Below are positions 38,165-48,125 of a stretch of 64,000 bases of DNA, in pieces. Position numbers and translations under genes: made by a program. The DNA lies in assembly GCA_035632675.1 (NCBI GenBank), contig DASQGJ010000050.1, positions 69,619 to 133,618 on the forward strand. The letters are read 5' to 3'. The notes under the pieces are model-generated. The model had not been told where the DNA came from and made no database searches. It saw nothing but the letters and a program-made list of their open reading frames with translations. Source of the stretch: Candidatus Dormiibacterota bacterium (GTDB lineage: Bacteria; Acidobacteriota; Terriglobia; Terriglobales; Acidobacteriaceae). Each line of letters opens with the position of its first letter. Positions within the stretch are counted from its first letter, which is position 1.

Positions 38165-39382
38165 ATGTTTAGGGGAAGCCTGCTTCGTCTGGTCCTAGCT
38201 TTTTGCGCGTGTCTGCCCCTGGCAGGCATGAGCTGGGCGGCACACATCAACACGCACGCGCCCACGAAATCCAAATCCCAGAAGGTCAGTGAGACTGCGC
38301 GCACGCGGCGCCGCATGCATCACCTGGCGCGCAGCCGCTCGGCGACGGTCAAACCGGTTTCGGTTTCGACCCGGCGCCATCGCTATCATGAGCGCTTCCA
38401 CATGAGTTCGTTCGCCGAAGATATTACCTCTGGAGACGTCACTACCGGCGAAGACCCGGTAGTTCGTCAGGCCGCGGTTGATGCTCTCGGCAACATGAAC
38501 GGCACGGTGGTCGCGATCGAGCCGACCAGCGGCCGCGTTCTGGCCATGGTCAATCAGAAGCTGGCATTGTCGAGCGGTGCGCAGCCCTGCTCGACCATCA
38601 AACTTTCCGTGGCCCTGGCCGCTCTGAGCGAAGGCCTGGTTTCGAAAGAAACGCCGGTCGCTCTCGGCGCGCACTACCGCATGAATCTGACCACGGCGCT
38701 GGCGAAATCGAATAATGCCTACTTTGAGGCTCTCGGACGCAAGCTCGGTTTTGAGAAGGTCGCCTACTACGCCCATGAATACGGGTTGGGCGAACTCGCT
38801 GGATACGACATTGCCGGCGAACAGCTGGGTGAATATCCCGATGAGGCGATTCCCACCAAGCTCGGCGGCGTAGGCAAGATGTGTTCGTTTGGCGAAGGCG
38901 TTTCCATGACACCGTTGCAGCTCGGCGCCATGGTTTCCGCAATTGCCAACGGCGGCACACTTTATTACCTGCAGCATCCCACGAGTCCCGACGAAGTCGC
39001 GAGCTTCCAGCCGCGCGTAAAGCGGCAGCTGGATATCGCTCCTATCATCCCCGAGCTTTCCGACGGAATGGCGGGGGCCGTGCAGTACGGCACCGCGCGC
39101 AGTCTGCGGCTCAACTTCAACGAGGAGGAGATTCTGGGCAAGACCGGAACCTGCTCGCACGAAGGGACGCGCTACGGCTGGTTTGCCTCGTATGCCAACA
39201 CCAGCATCGGCCGTGTCGTCGTCGTGATCTTCCTGCAGGGTGGACGGCCGACGTTTGGCCCCAAGGCCGCCGAGATTGCCGGACGCATGTACCGCAACAT
39301 GTACGATCACAATTTTTTCGTTGCCGGTCACGCAACGCCATCGGATACGGCGGACGCCAACACGGTGACCACGACTCCGTAA
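38165..39382 (+). CDS. penicillin-binding transpeptidase-domain protein (no PBP dimerisation domain)
   Basis: Signal/anchor, then SxxK (STIK), SxN (SNN) and KTG (KTGT) motifs in canonical order. At 405 aa it is too short for a class B PBP with the N-terminal module. Confidence 0.75.
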   Translation: MFRGSLLRLVLAFCACLPLAGMSWAAHINTHAPTKSKSQKVSETARTRRRMHHLARSRSATVKPVSVSTRRHRYHERFHMSSFAEDITSGDVTTGEDPVVRQAAVDALGNMNGTVVAIEPTSGRVLAMVNQKLALSSGAQPCSTIKLSVALAALSEGLVSKETPVALGAHYRMNLTTALAKSNNAYFEALGRKLGFEKVAYYAHEYGLGELAGYDIAGEQLGEYPDEAIPTKLGGVGKMCSFGEGVSMTPLQLGAMVSAIANGGTLYYLQHPTSPDEVASFQPRVKRQLDIAPIIPELSDGMAGAVQYGTARSLRLNFNEEEILGKTGTCSHEGTRYGWFASYANTSIGRVVVVIFLQGGRPTFGPKAAEIAGRMYRNMYDHNFFVAGHATPSDTADANTVTTTP

Positions 39383-39524
39383 CGGAATTTCACTTCTGTA
39401 AAGAAGCGCAGCTCAGGCTGCGTTTCTTCTTTTTGCGGCGCATCCTGCTTGCGGCCCATCCTGCGAATCTCACCTGCCCTGGTTGGGATTCATGATCGAC
39501 TTCTAATAAGACTTCAAGACCACT

Positions 39525-41267
39525 TTGCCGATGTTACCTGCAGTGCTTCCTGCAAACCGGGGAGTGCCGCGTTTGTGTATGCGGATGGGCAAGGAGGCCG
39601 ATACGCCAGACTCGATGATGCTCCACGGAAGCTACGTTTACGGAATGGCATGCATCTGCGTCGCGCTGGCGATCATCGGCGGATATGTGGCCAGGACTTT
39701 GGCAAGGCGAATCAGTGCCGCACGCAACGACGAAGCCCGATTCCGGACGCTGGCCGAAGCCATCCCGGAAATTGTGTGGACTGCCAGCCCAGAGGGGACC
39801 GTGGACTACGCGAATCGGCGCTTGACCGAACTTACGGGGCTAAGTCCGGATCGGGTTAAAGGAATGTCGTGGCAGCAGATTATTCACCCGGACGATCTGC
39901 CTGTGGCACTGCAAAAATGGGAGAACTCCCTGCGCACAGGAACGGTCTTTGAGATCGAATATCGTGTGCGCGTGGCCAGCGGCGACTATCGCTGGTACCT
40001 GATTCGGGCGACTCCGATGCGGGATGCCGTCGGAAAGATTGTGAAATGGTTTGGGTCCGGCACCGATATCGACAACCAGATGCGGACGCAGCAAGTGCTC
40101 GAGGAGCAGATCAAGCAGCATACTGATGCGTTGGTGGAGGCCAACACGCGCCTCGAGACCGAGATGCGCGAACGCTCGCAGGCCCAGCAGGAACTCAACC
40201 GGCAGAACGAACTCATGCTGCGCGAACTCACCAAGCGTTCGAACCGCGCCACGCGGCTGGCCAAGCTGGCGGAGTTGCTCCAGAGTTGTGCCGATCTGCA
40301 GGATGTTTTTTCCGTGGTCGCGGGCATGGCGCCGAAGATCTTTCCGGAACTTCGCGGAGCGGTGCTGCTGTTCAATACATCCCGCGATGTGCTCGAAGTC
40401 GCCGCGTCGTGGTCGGACTGCGTCGTCCCGGCGTCTGTCTTTGCCCCCCACGACTGCTGGGCACTGCGTACCGGACACATGCATCGGGTGACGGCGGGCG
40501 ATCACACCGCCAACTGTAAGCACGTGGGAGATGTTTCCCACTCGTATTTCTGCCTGCCGCTGATATCGCAGGGAGAAGCCATCGGTGTTCTCCACTTTCA
40601 ATGCATCGGCGCAACCGAGCCTCCGGACTCAGAGATGCTGGTCGCGGGCACGTTCGGCGAGCAAGTCGGCCTGTCGGTTTCCAATCTGAGGTTACGCGAA
40701 GCGCTCCGCAGCCAGTCGATTCGCGATCCATTGACCAGCCTGTTTAACCGGCGTTACCTCGAAGAGATGATGGAGCGGGAGACTCGCCGGGCCGTGCGCG
40801 CCGAGCATGGTCTGGGCGTGCTCATGCTCGATCTGGATCACTTCAAGAGGTTCAACGACACCTATGGACACGATGCCGGAGATACAGTGCTGCGCGAGAC
40901 CGCGGCGTTTCTGGTAAAAAGCGTTCGAGCCGAAGACATTGTCTGCCGCTACGGTGGCGAGGAATTTGTTGTCATTCTGCCCATGGCTGACCTTAAAGCG
41001 ACGCATGCCCGCGCCGAACGCATTCGCAGCAAGCTGCGCGAAATGATCGTGCTTCATCAGGGACAGTCGGTAGGTATGATCACCGTTTCCATCGGTGTCG
41101 GCGCGCTTCCCGAGCATGGCACGGCGCCCAAGGCGCTGCTGGAGGCTGCGGACGGCGCACTCTACCGGGCGAAAAACGAAGGCCGAGACCGTGTGGCGGT
41201 GGCCGACGCTCCGGTGCTCGCGGAAGTTCAATCAAGCGCAATCGCGATGGGAGCCAGCAAGGAGTAA
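39525..41267 (+). CDS. PAS-GAF-GGDEF diguanylate cyclase, membrane anchored
   Basis: TM helix, PAS (FRTLAEAIPEIVWTASPEGTVDYANRR), GAF-like middle and a GGDEF domain with RYGGEEFVVILP and DHFKRFNDTYGHDAGD. The start is uncertain, with several in-frame Met in the first 32 codons. Confidence 0.85.
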   Translation: MPMLPAVLPANRGVPRLCMRMGKEADTPDSMMLHGSYVYGMACICVALAIIGGYVARTLARRISAARNDEARFRTLAEAIPEIVWTASPEGTVDYANRRLTELTGLSPDRVKGMSWQQIIHPDDLPVALQKWENSLRTGTVFEIEYRVRVASGDYRWYLIRATPMRDAVGKIVKWFGSGTDIDNQMRTQQVLEEQIKQHTDALVEANTRLETEMRERSQAQQELNRQNELMLRELTKRSNRATRLAKLAELLQSCADLQDVFSVVAGMAPKIFPELRGAVLLFNTSRDVLEVAASWSDCVVPASVFAPHDCWALRTGHMHRVTAGDHTANCKHVGDVSHSYFCLPLISQGEAIGVLHFQCIGATEPPDSEMLVAGTFGEQVGLSVSNLRLREALRSQSIRDPLTSLFNRRYLEEMMERETRRAVRAEHGLGVLMLDLDHFKRFNDTYGHDAGDTVLRETAAFLVKSVRAEDIVCRYGGEEFVVILPMADLKATHARAERIRSKLREMIVLHQGQSVGMITVSIGVGALPEHGTAPKALLEAADGALYRAKNEGRDRVAVADAPVLAEVQSSAIAMGASKE

Positions 41268-41303
41268 CAACGGTCGTTGCCGTCGGGATGGCGGCCCTAC
41301 AGC

Positions 41304-41337
41304 AAAAACGCCCAGCCGTTCGGCTGGGCGTACTTTT
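41304..41337. terminator. bidirectional rho-independent terminator
   Basis: cgcccagcc (41309-41317) pairs with ggctgggcg (41322-41330) around loop gttc. It is flanked by aaaaa and tactttt and lies between convergent genes. Confidence 0.6.
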
Positions 41338-41351
41338 CTCGATACAGAAGC

Positions 41352-42110
41352 CTAGCTGCGCTGCCCTGGTCCCTTGCTCTCGTCGCTGGCGATTACACCG
41401 TCCTTGATGTGAATCACGCGGTGGGCGTACTCGGCGATATCGCCTTCGTGCGTGACCAGAATGATGGTGTTGCCCTCCGCCTGCAGCCGGTCAAACAGCG
41501 CCATGATTTCAATGCCGGTCTGTGAGTCCAGGTTTCCGGTGGGTTCGTCCGCCAGGATGATCGATGGCTTGTTCACCAGCGCGCGCGCAATGGCTACGCG
41601 CTGCCGTTGTCCGCCGGAGAGCTCGTTGGGTTTGTGGTGCATGCGCGATTCCATGCCCACGGCGCTCAATGCGCCCTTGGCGCGCTCAATCCGCTCTTCG
41701 GTCGGAATGCCGGCATAGATCAACGGGAGTTCGACGTTGTGGAGCGCGGTGGCACGGGCCAGCAGGTTGAAGGTCTGGAACACGAATCCGATTTCTTTGT
41801 TGCGAATCCGCGCCAGCTCGTCGTCGTCGAGTTCGCTGACCAGCTGGCTGTTCAGCCAGTACTTGCCCTGGGACGGTGTGTCGAGGCAGCCGATCAGGTT
41901 CATGAGCGTGGACTTGCCCGAGCCCGACGGCCCCATGATGGCGACGTACTCGTTGCGCTGAATGCGCAGGTTGACGCCGCGCAGGGCGTGGACCTGCTGC
42001 TCCGAGCCCATGTCGTAGGTCTTCCAAAGATCTTCGGCCGCGATCATGCACGATTCCGGTGGTGCCAGAGTCGCGGTATTCGGCATATTGAGGACTTCTG
42101 CGGTTGCCAT
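41352..42110 (-). CDS. ABC transporter ATP-binding protein, MacB/LolD-type
   Basis: Walker [11 protein letters not shown], signature [15 protein letters not shown], Walker [18 protein letters not shown] lies before ATG 42110. No permease domain is present and none is encoded downstream. Confidence 0.88.
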   Translation of the reverse strand: MATAEVLNMPNTATLAPPESCMIAAEDLWKTYDMGSEQQVHALRGVNLRIQRNEYVAIMGPSGSGKSTLMNLIGCLDTPSQGKYWLNSQLVSELDDDELARIRNKEIGFVFQTFNLLARATALHNVELPLIYAGIPTEERIERAKGALSAVGMESRMHHKPNELSGGQRQRVAIARALVNKPSIILADEPTGNLDSQTGIEIMALFDRLQAEGNTIILVTHEGDIAEYAHRVIHIKDGVIASDESKGPGQRS

Positions 42111-42229
42111 TTTTTTCTCCTGGTCCGGTGCCACTGACCTCTCCGATCTTTGGCTGTTACTTCTGCTGTCGGCTCCGATTTCTGAGACCTCTACCGGCTT
42201 CCCGTTTGGACGTTTCACCCCGGCTAAGG

Positions 42230-43636
42230 TTATGACGATTCTTCTTCTTTCTTTGGCGCTGTATTGTCGATTTTGACGCTGCTTCCCGGCTTCAGAGTGC
42301 GCAAAACCTTGTAACTCCCAGTGATGATTTCGTCCCCTTCTTTCAGGCCGTCGAGCACTTCAATATCGGTGGTTCCGGTAACCCCGGTCGTAACCGGGAC
42401 GAAGATCGCCTTCTTGCTGCGGATTACGAACACTCCCTGCAGGTCATCGTCCTTCTTCGACTTGGATGCAACTTCCTTGGCCGCAGGTGTCGCAGCGTGC
42501 ACCGAACCCGGCGCATTATTCTGCTGGTCCATCTGCTCCTTGGTGCGCAACGTCAGGGCCTGGATCGGAACCGCCAACACGCTGGTCCGCGATGCGGTCG
42601 TAATCTTGGCGGTCGTCGACAGGCCCGGCCGCAGATCTTGCGGAGCATCCGACACGGTCACGACCACTTTGAAATCTTTTGCTTCTTCACTGGCGGTAGC
42701 CTGCTGCGAAGTCGAGACGCCGGTGGAGCGCACAATTGCGTTGTCTCCAATCTGAGACACCGTGCCATGAAAAATTTTCTTGGGCATGGCGTCGATGGTG
42801 ACCTCGGCGGGCTGTCCCAGATGCACATTCACGATATCGGTCTCATCGACTTTGACTTCGGCCGTGATGACTGACATATCCGCGATCGTCATCAACGTAC
42901 TGCCCTGCGCGTTCTGAATGCCGATGACGACCGTCTCTCCCTCACGTACTGGAAGGTTCGTCACCACGCCATCGAACGGCGCCGGATACGTGGTCTTCTG
43001 CAGCAAGTCCGTGTAGTGGGTCAGCGTGGCTTTCGCCTGCGTGACGCGCCGCTCAGAGGAGTCCTGTTGGGCCTTCGCCTGCGCCACTCGCGCCTGAGCC
43101 TGATTCAAGCCCGCATCGGCCGTGGCCCATGCATTCTTGCGGCTGTCGAAATCCGATTTCGAAATCAGCCCATCCTTATAGAGGCTTTGCGCGCGTTCCC
43201 AATCCAGCTTGTTGCGGTCGTAGTCGGCCTGGGCGCGCAGCAAGTCGGCCTGTGACGTTTTCAACCCGGCCTCCGCCGCCAGTGCGTCGGTCTGCGCCGC
43301 CTGCACCGAGGCTTCGTTGGCGTTGACGTCCGCCGAGGACTGCACGTTTTCCAGTTGCGCCAACAATTGACCCTTCTTCACGTGATCGCCCTCCTTCACA
43401 AACAGGTGGGTGATCTTCCCAAAGGCGTTCGCACCGACGTTGACGTACGTCTTCGGCTTGATTTCGCCGGAGGCGCTTACCACCGTGGCCAGATCCTGAC
43501 GCGCCGCTTTCGCGGTTTGAACGGTCACGACATTCTTACTGCTCTGGCGAACCGTGAAACCGATGATGCCTGCCACTGCAGCTAAGATTACGGCGCCAAT
43601 TGCTATTTTTTTCCAGGCTTTCATAGCTCCCGTCAC
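42230..43636 (-). CDS. HlyD/MacA-family periplasmic adaptor subunit
   Basis: N-terminal anchor, long alpha-hairpin coiled coil ([41 protein letters not shown]), and beta-barrel and lipoyl-like segments. Confidence 0.8.
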   Translation of the reverse strand: MTGAMKAWKKIAIGAVILAAVAGIIGFTVRQSSKNVVTVQTAKAARQDLATVVSASGEIKPKTYVNVGANAFGKITHLFVKEGDHVKKGQLLAQLENVQSSADVNANEASVQAAQTDALAAEAGLKTSQADLLRAQADYDRNKLDWERAQSLYKDGLISKSDFDSRKNAWATADAGLNQAQARVAQAKAQQDSSERRVTQAKATLTHYTDLLQKTTYPAPFDGVVTNLPVREGETVVIGIQNAQGSTLMTIADMSVITAEVKVDETDIVNVHLGQPAEVTIDAMPKKIFHGTVSQIGDNAIVRSTGVSTSQQATASEEAKDFKVVVTVSDAPQDLRPGLSTTAKITTASRTSVLAVPIQALTLRTKEQMDQQNNAPGSVHAATPAAKEVASKSKKDDDLQGVFVIRSKKAIFVPVTTGVTGTTDIEVLDGLKEGDEIITGSYKVLRTLKPGSSVKIDNTAPKKEEESS

Positions 43637-44103
43637 AGCCGGAGGATTGACTTAAATTTCCCGCCAGATAAGCGACCAAAACGTTTATCTAGTGGCAAAT
43701 ACTCCTCTCCCATCGGACCGGCTAGCGGACACACATTCTCTATTACGATCCTGCTGCGAAGAAAGTTCCGATCGAATCCTAGGATCGAACCAGAAGGAGT
43801 GCCGAGACCCGTTACGGTGGGGAGTGTTACCGCCGCCCCCGGAACTCAACATTATAGCCCGTCGTTCAAGCAATCTACAGGCGATCTGCAGCACGTGGCC
43901 CTGCCATCGGCCGCAGGGTGGTTACCCCATCGCAACCACATGGCGCGACTTTGTTTCCCTCAGGCAACTCGGTGGGACATCCCGTGCTTCATAGCAGAAG
44001 TGGTAAGGGCTCAATCGGTTCTCCGGGCACGACTTAACCTTGCTTTCACACAACTAAGGGCCTAAAATAGGCAGACGACGGTTGTCTGGCAGGAGTCCCT
44101 CTC

Positions 44104-45897
44104 ATGTTCCGGGTAGCGTTTAATCGAATTTCCCAAATTTTGCTCATCTCGATTCTGGGCTTAGCTGCTTCCAGCGCCGTCGCCCAGGATCCGGCCAAAG
44201 ATCCAGCGAAAGATCAGCCGAAAGACGAAATCCAGGCCCAGCAATCCGCCGACAAGTCGGCGAAGGGCACGACGACTTCGGCTCAGGCACAGGCCACCGA
44301 TGCCGTCGATCCGCTCAAGAAGCCGCTGAGCGAGAAGCAGCGCAACCAGCAAAAGCGCGCCCTCAAGATCGAGTTGAGCAAGCCCTACAAGAAGTGGCTT
44401 GAGGAAGACGTGCCCTACATCATCACCGATGAAGAGCGTGCCGCCTTCCGGCAACTGTCCAACGACGAAGAGCGCGACAATTTCATTGAAGCGTTCTGGC
44501 AGCGCCGCGATCCTACGCCTGATACGGAAGAGAACGAATATAAGGAAGAGCACTACCAGCGCATCGCCTACGCCAACGAGCACTTTGCGGCGGGCGTGCC
44601 GGGATGGAAGACCGATCGCGGCCGCATCTACATTGTTTTTGGCAAGGCGGACGAGATTGACTCCCATCCTTCCGGCGGCACCTACGAACGCCCCATGGAC
44701 GAGGGAGGCGGTTCGACTTCCACCTTCCCCTTTGAAGATTGGCGCTACCGCTATATTGAGGGCATTGGCCAGGAAGTCATCATTGAATTCGTCGACACCT
44801 GCATGTGCGGCGAATACCACATGACGATGGACCGCTCCGAAAAAGACGCGCTCCTCATGACGCCCAACGCCGGCCTCACCATGTGGGAACAGATGGGAAT
44901 GGCGAACAAGGCTTCCCGGTTCAACGGCGGCGGTATTGAGCGTCTTGGCCTGGGCCCACAGAGTTCCCAGCTGGAGTCCAAAGAGTTCGATCGTCTCGAG
45001 CAGTTTGCCAAGCTGCAGCAGGCTCCCAAGATCAAGTTCACCGATCTCGCGGAAGAAGTCCAAAGCAAGGTGATCCTCAACCCGATGCCCTTCGACGTGC
45101 GATCGGACTACGTGAAGGTCACAAGCGAGATGGTTCTGGTGCCGGTGACGATTCAGATGAGGAACCGCGATATCACCTTCGTCAACAAAGACGGGGTGCA
45201 GCGCGGGACGGTGAATATCTACGGCAAGCTGTCGACCTTGACCAACAAGATTGTGCAGACCTTTGAAGACACCGTGCAGGTCGATGTTCCTGCGGAACTG
45301 CTGCCGCGCACGGCTGAAAACGCCTCGGTCTACTGGAAAGCGCTTCCGCTCCGCGCCGGCCACTACAAGCTGTACATCGCCGTGAAGGATGTGAACGGCG
45401 ACCGCAAGGGCGTATGGAGCCACAGCATCACGGTTCCGGAATACTCCGAAGACAAACTCGCGACCTCATCTTTAATCGTTGCCGACCAGATGGAGCCGGT
45501 TCCGACCAAGGCGATCGGCAGCGGCAGCTTCGTGATCGGTACTACCAAGGTCCGTCCGCGTGTGGCCCCGGCCGATGGCAAGCCGGCCATGTTCAAGCGC
45601 GACAAAGATCAGAAGTTGAATTTCTGGATGCAGGTCTATAATCTCGGCGTGGACGAGAAGACGCACAAGCCTTCCGCCACCTTTGAATACGACATCACCA
45701 ACATCGCGACTAACAAGCAGGTCGTCAAGCAAGTCGAGAATACAGATACCATGGGCAACCTAAGCGATCAGGTGACGCTTCAAAAGTCCATAAAGGCTGC
45801 GAATCTTCAGCCCGGCGTGTATAAGATTCAGATCAAGGTGAACGACAACGTTTCAAAGCAGACGATTGAAACGCCAGCAACGTTTGCAGTAGAGTAA
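44104..45897 (+). CDS. GWxTD domain-containing protein
   Basis: Signal peptide. WQRRDPTPDTEENEYKEEHYQRIAYANEHF...GWKTDRGRIYIVFGKADEID matches the GWxTD domain signature. Confidence 0.75.
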   Translation: MFRVAFNRISQILLISILGLAASSAVAQDPAKDPAKDQPKDEIQAQQSADKSAKGTTTSAQAQATDAVDPLKKPLSEKQRNQQKRALKIELSKPYKKWLEEDVPYIITDEERAAFRQLSNDEERDNFIEAFWQRRDPTPDTEENEYKEEHYQRIAYANEHFAAGVPGWKTDRGRIYIVFGKADEIDSHPSGGTYERPMDEGGGSTSTFPFEDWRYRYIEGIGQEVIIEFVDTCMCGEYHMTMDRSEKDALLMTPNAGLTMWEQMGMANKASRFNGGGIERLGLGPQSSQLESKEFDRLEQFAKLQQAPKIKFTDLAEEVQSKVILNPMPFDVRSDYVKVTSEMVLVPVTIQMRNRDITFVNKDGVQRGTVNIYGKLSTLTNKIVQTFEDTVQVDVPAELLPRTAENASVYWKALPLRAGHYKLYIAVKDVNGDRKGVWSHSITVPEYSEDKLATSSLIVADQMEPVPTKAIGSGSFVIGTTKVRPRVAPADGKPAMFKRDKDQKLNFWMQVYNLGVDEKTHKPSATFEYDITNIATNKQVVKQVENTDTMGNLSDQVTLQKSIKAANLQPGVYKIQIKVNDNVSKQTIETPATFAVE

Positions 45898-45929
45898 CTC
45901 CCTGCATTCCCCCAGGGGGTGGGGCGAAG

Positions 45930-47594
45930 TTGAAGCTGAGTAAGCTCGCAACTTGGGCAATGGTCTTCGGGTTGTCTGTTCCTGTCCTGGCCGCCGAGCG
46001 GCCCGGGGAGATCTCCGGATTCGTGCGCACTGAGACGGGCGCCCCGCAGATGGGCGCCATCGTGCAGGTCCTGGGCGCGGCCAACCAAGCCCTCGTCGTA
46101 TTCACCGATGTCGCTGGACATTACAGTGCCACTGGCCTGGTGCCCGGTCTTTACACCCTCAAAGTTACAGCTCCATCTTTTCTTCCGGCATTGCGGGAAA
46201 AAATCGGACTCGCCCCCGGTGCCAGTCTCAAAGTCAACGTCACACTCAGCACCTTGCTGGGCGTGATGCAACTCGGCCCCGCCCGCCACCTTCCCGATGA
46301 CGACGACTGGAAGTGGACGCTGCGTTCGGTCGCGAATCGGCCCATTCTGCGCGTATTCGACGACCCGCTTGCCCCAGAGGGCGACAACCACGAACTTCGC
46401 GGGACCGTTTCCTTCCTGGCTGGCTCGGCGAATGCCGGATACGGCCCCGGGTCTGACATGACCACGGGCTTTACCCTGGAGCGCTCCATCTTCTCCGACG
46501 GACGCCTCGTCTTCAGCGGCAACGTCGCTTACGGCGAGAGCCTGCCCGCTGCCGTGCTCCGCACCCGCTACTCTCATCGTTTGCCTAACGGTTCCGAGCC
46601 GGCGATGGCTCTGACGCTGAGCCGCTTCGCTCCCTCCGATCCCAACCTGCACAACGCCGCGCTGCAGGCCCTGGCACTCTCTGCCTCCGACGATTTTGCC
46701 ATCGGCGATGTGCTCGAACTCAAGTTCGGAAGCGAGTTGCAGACGATCCAGTTCCTGGGACATCTCAGTGCGTTTCGCCCCTTCGCATCGGCCAATTTTC
46801 ATTTTTCTCCGAATACCGTGGTCGAGTACGACTACACGACATCGCGTCCTGATACCCGAAGAGAAAAGGGTTTTGATTCCGCGCCCAATGATTTGAGCGA
46901 ATCGAATCCACGAATCAGTCTGCTCGGATTCTCGCCCAAGATTGAGAGCGCGCATCACCAGGAAGTCAGCGTGTCGCACCGCGCCGGAAACACCAATGTG
47001 CAGGTTGCCGTGTTCTCCGATCGCGTTACCGACCCTGCTCTGACGGGCATTGGAGATGTTACGGCCGCTGGCGGCTTCCTGCTGCCCGACCTCTCTTCCG
47101 GCACTTTCAGCTACGCTGGCCGCACCCTCGACAGCAACGGCCTTCGCGTCGTGCTGCAGCACAAGTTTGCTTCCGATCTGACGGCCACACTCGATTACGC
47201 TTACGGCGGAGTGCTCGATCTTTCCCGTCCCGACGTTCCCCTGCAGCAGGCGCAGCAATGGCTTGCGGTGGAACGCCGTCACGCCCTGGCCGCCAAGCTA
47301 AGCGGCACTGTCACCCGCTCTCATACGCGATGGATCGCCTCTTATCGTTGGGTGAGTGGCCCGGCGGTTACGCCGGTCGACATGTTCAACGCCTCCGCTG
47401 GTCAGAGCGATCCCTTCCTGAATGTGTTCATCCGGCAACCGATTCCCAGCTTCGGCGGACACATGGAAGCCCTCATCGATCTTCGCAACCTCCTCGCGCA
47501 GGGGTATGTTCCGGTGTTGGGACAGGACGGCCAGACCGTCTACCTGGTTGACTCCGTGCGTTCGATCCGCGGTGGCGTGTCGTTCAGCTTCTGA
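45930..47594 (+). CDS. carboxypeptidase-regulatory-like domain protein, probable outer-membrane beta-barrel
   Basis: TTG start and signal peptide. CarboxypepD_reg pattern (ISGFVRTETGAPQMGAIVQVL...VAGHYSATGLVPGLYTLKVTAPSF). C-terminal GGVSFSF ends in aromatic Phe, as in OMPs. Confidence 0.55.
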   Translation: MKLSKLATWAMVFGLSVPVLAAERPGEISGFVRTETGAPQMGAIVQVLGAANQALVVFTDVAGHYSATGLVPGLYTLKVTAPSFLPALREKIGLAPGASLKVNVTLSTLLGVMQLGPARHLPDDDDWKWTLRSVANRPILRVFDDPLAPEGDNHELRGTVSFLAGSANAGYGPGSDMTTGFTLERSIFSDGRLVFSGNVAYGESLPAAVLRTRYSHRLPNGSEPAMALTLSRFAPSDPNLHNAALQALALSASDDFAIGDVLELKFGSELQTIQFLGHLSAFRPFASANFHFSPNTVVEYDYTTSRPDTRREKGFDSAPNDLSESNPRISLLGFSPKIESAHHQEVSVSHRAGNTNVQVAVFSDRVTDPALTGIGDVTAAGGFLLPDLSSGTFSYAGRTLDSNGLRVVLQHKFASDLTATLDYAYGGVLDLSRPDVPLQQAQQWLAVERRHALAAKLSGTVTRSHTRWIASYRWVSGPAVTPVDMFNASAGQSDPFLNVFIRQPIPSFGGHMEALIDLRNLLAQGYVPVLGQDGQTVYLVDSVRSIRGGVSFSF

Positions 47595-48125
47595 AAACCA
47601 GAATTTAGAATTGATCATTCAGCCAAGCTGAGGTCCGTGCCTGCCCTTTCTCGAAGAGCCGCGGGGAAAGCGCCAGGCGCTAACGGCTAACTGTTGCTGT
47701 TCCGACCGCAAGAAAATCGTTGACTCGTTCAGACGGTTTCAGTAATGTTCTTGTCGGTGATTTTGAGGGTCGGGTCGGCATCTTGTTGGTATGCAAGGAA
47801 TTGCAAGCCCCCAGCACGTGGCCTGACATCCTGTGAAAGTACCAACTCCCTCCGACTTGGCCTGGTTTTTCAAGGAGACTGCATAAAGGCGCGCAGATGG
47901 ATCGCGGCGCTCTATGGGTTTCCATATATCCCTTTGCGTTTGCGTATTTTTCAAGCTGGCGGTCAGGCTAACCTATTGAAAAAGAGCAGTGTGCGAGCGA
48001 TCCAGCTTTTGGATGAATAAGTGCAACGAGTGATAACACAAGTAGTCCCAGGTTTCTGGCTCCATGTCCGAGCCGACGTTTCAGAAAACAACAAAATTCG
48101 AGATTTTGCCAGAGAGGCGATGACG

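Noticed and set aside
43637-44103. 467-nt divergent spacer between the HlyD and GWxTD genes, inspected for an RNA gene (SRP, 6S, tmRNA).
   Set aside because: None of the conserved cores I know was found (SRP GGAAGCAGCC-type motif, tmRNA tag or tRNA-like end). It is probably just two divergent promoter/leader regions.
47595-48125. 530-nt leader upstream of the TonB-dependent receptor, checked for a cobalamin or other riboswitch.
   Set aside because: No B12 box (GCCACTG) and no other riboswitch core that I recognise was found. It cannot be excluded without a covariance-model scan.
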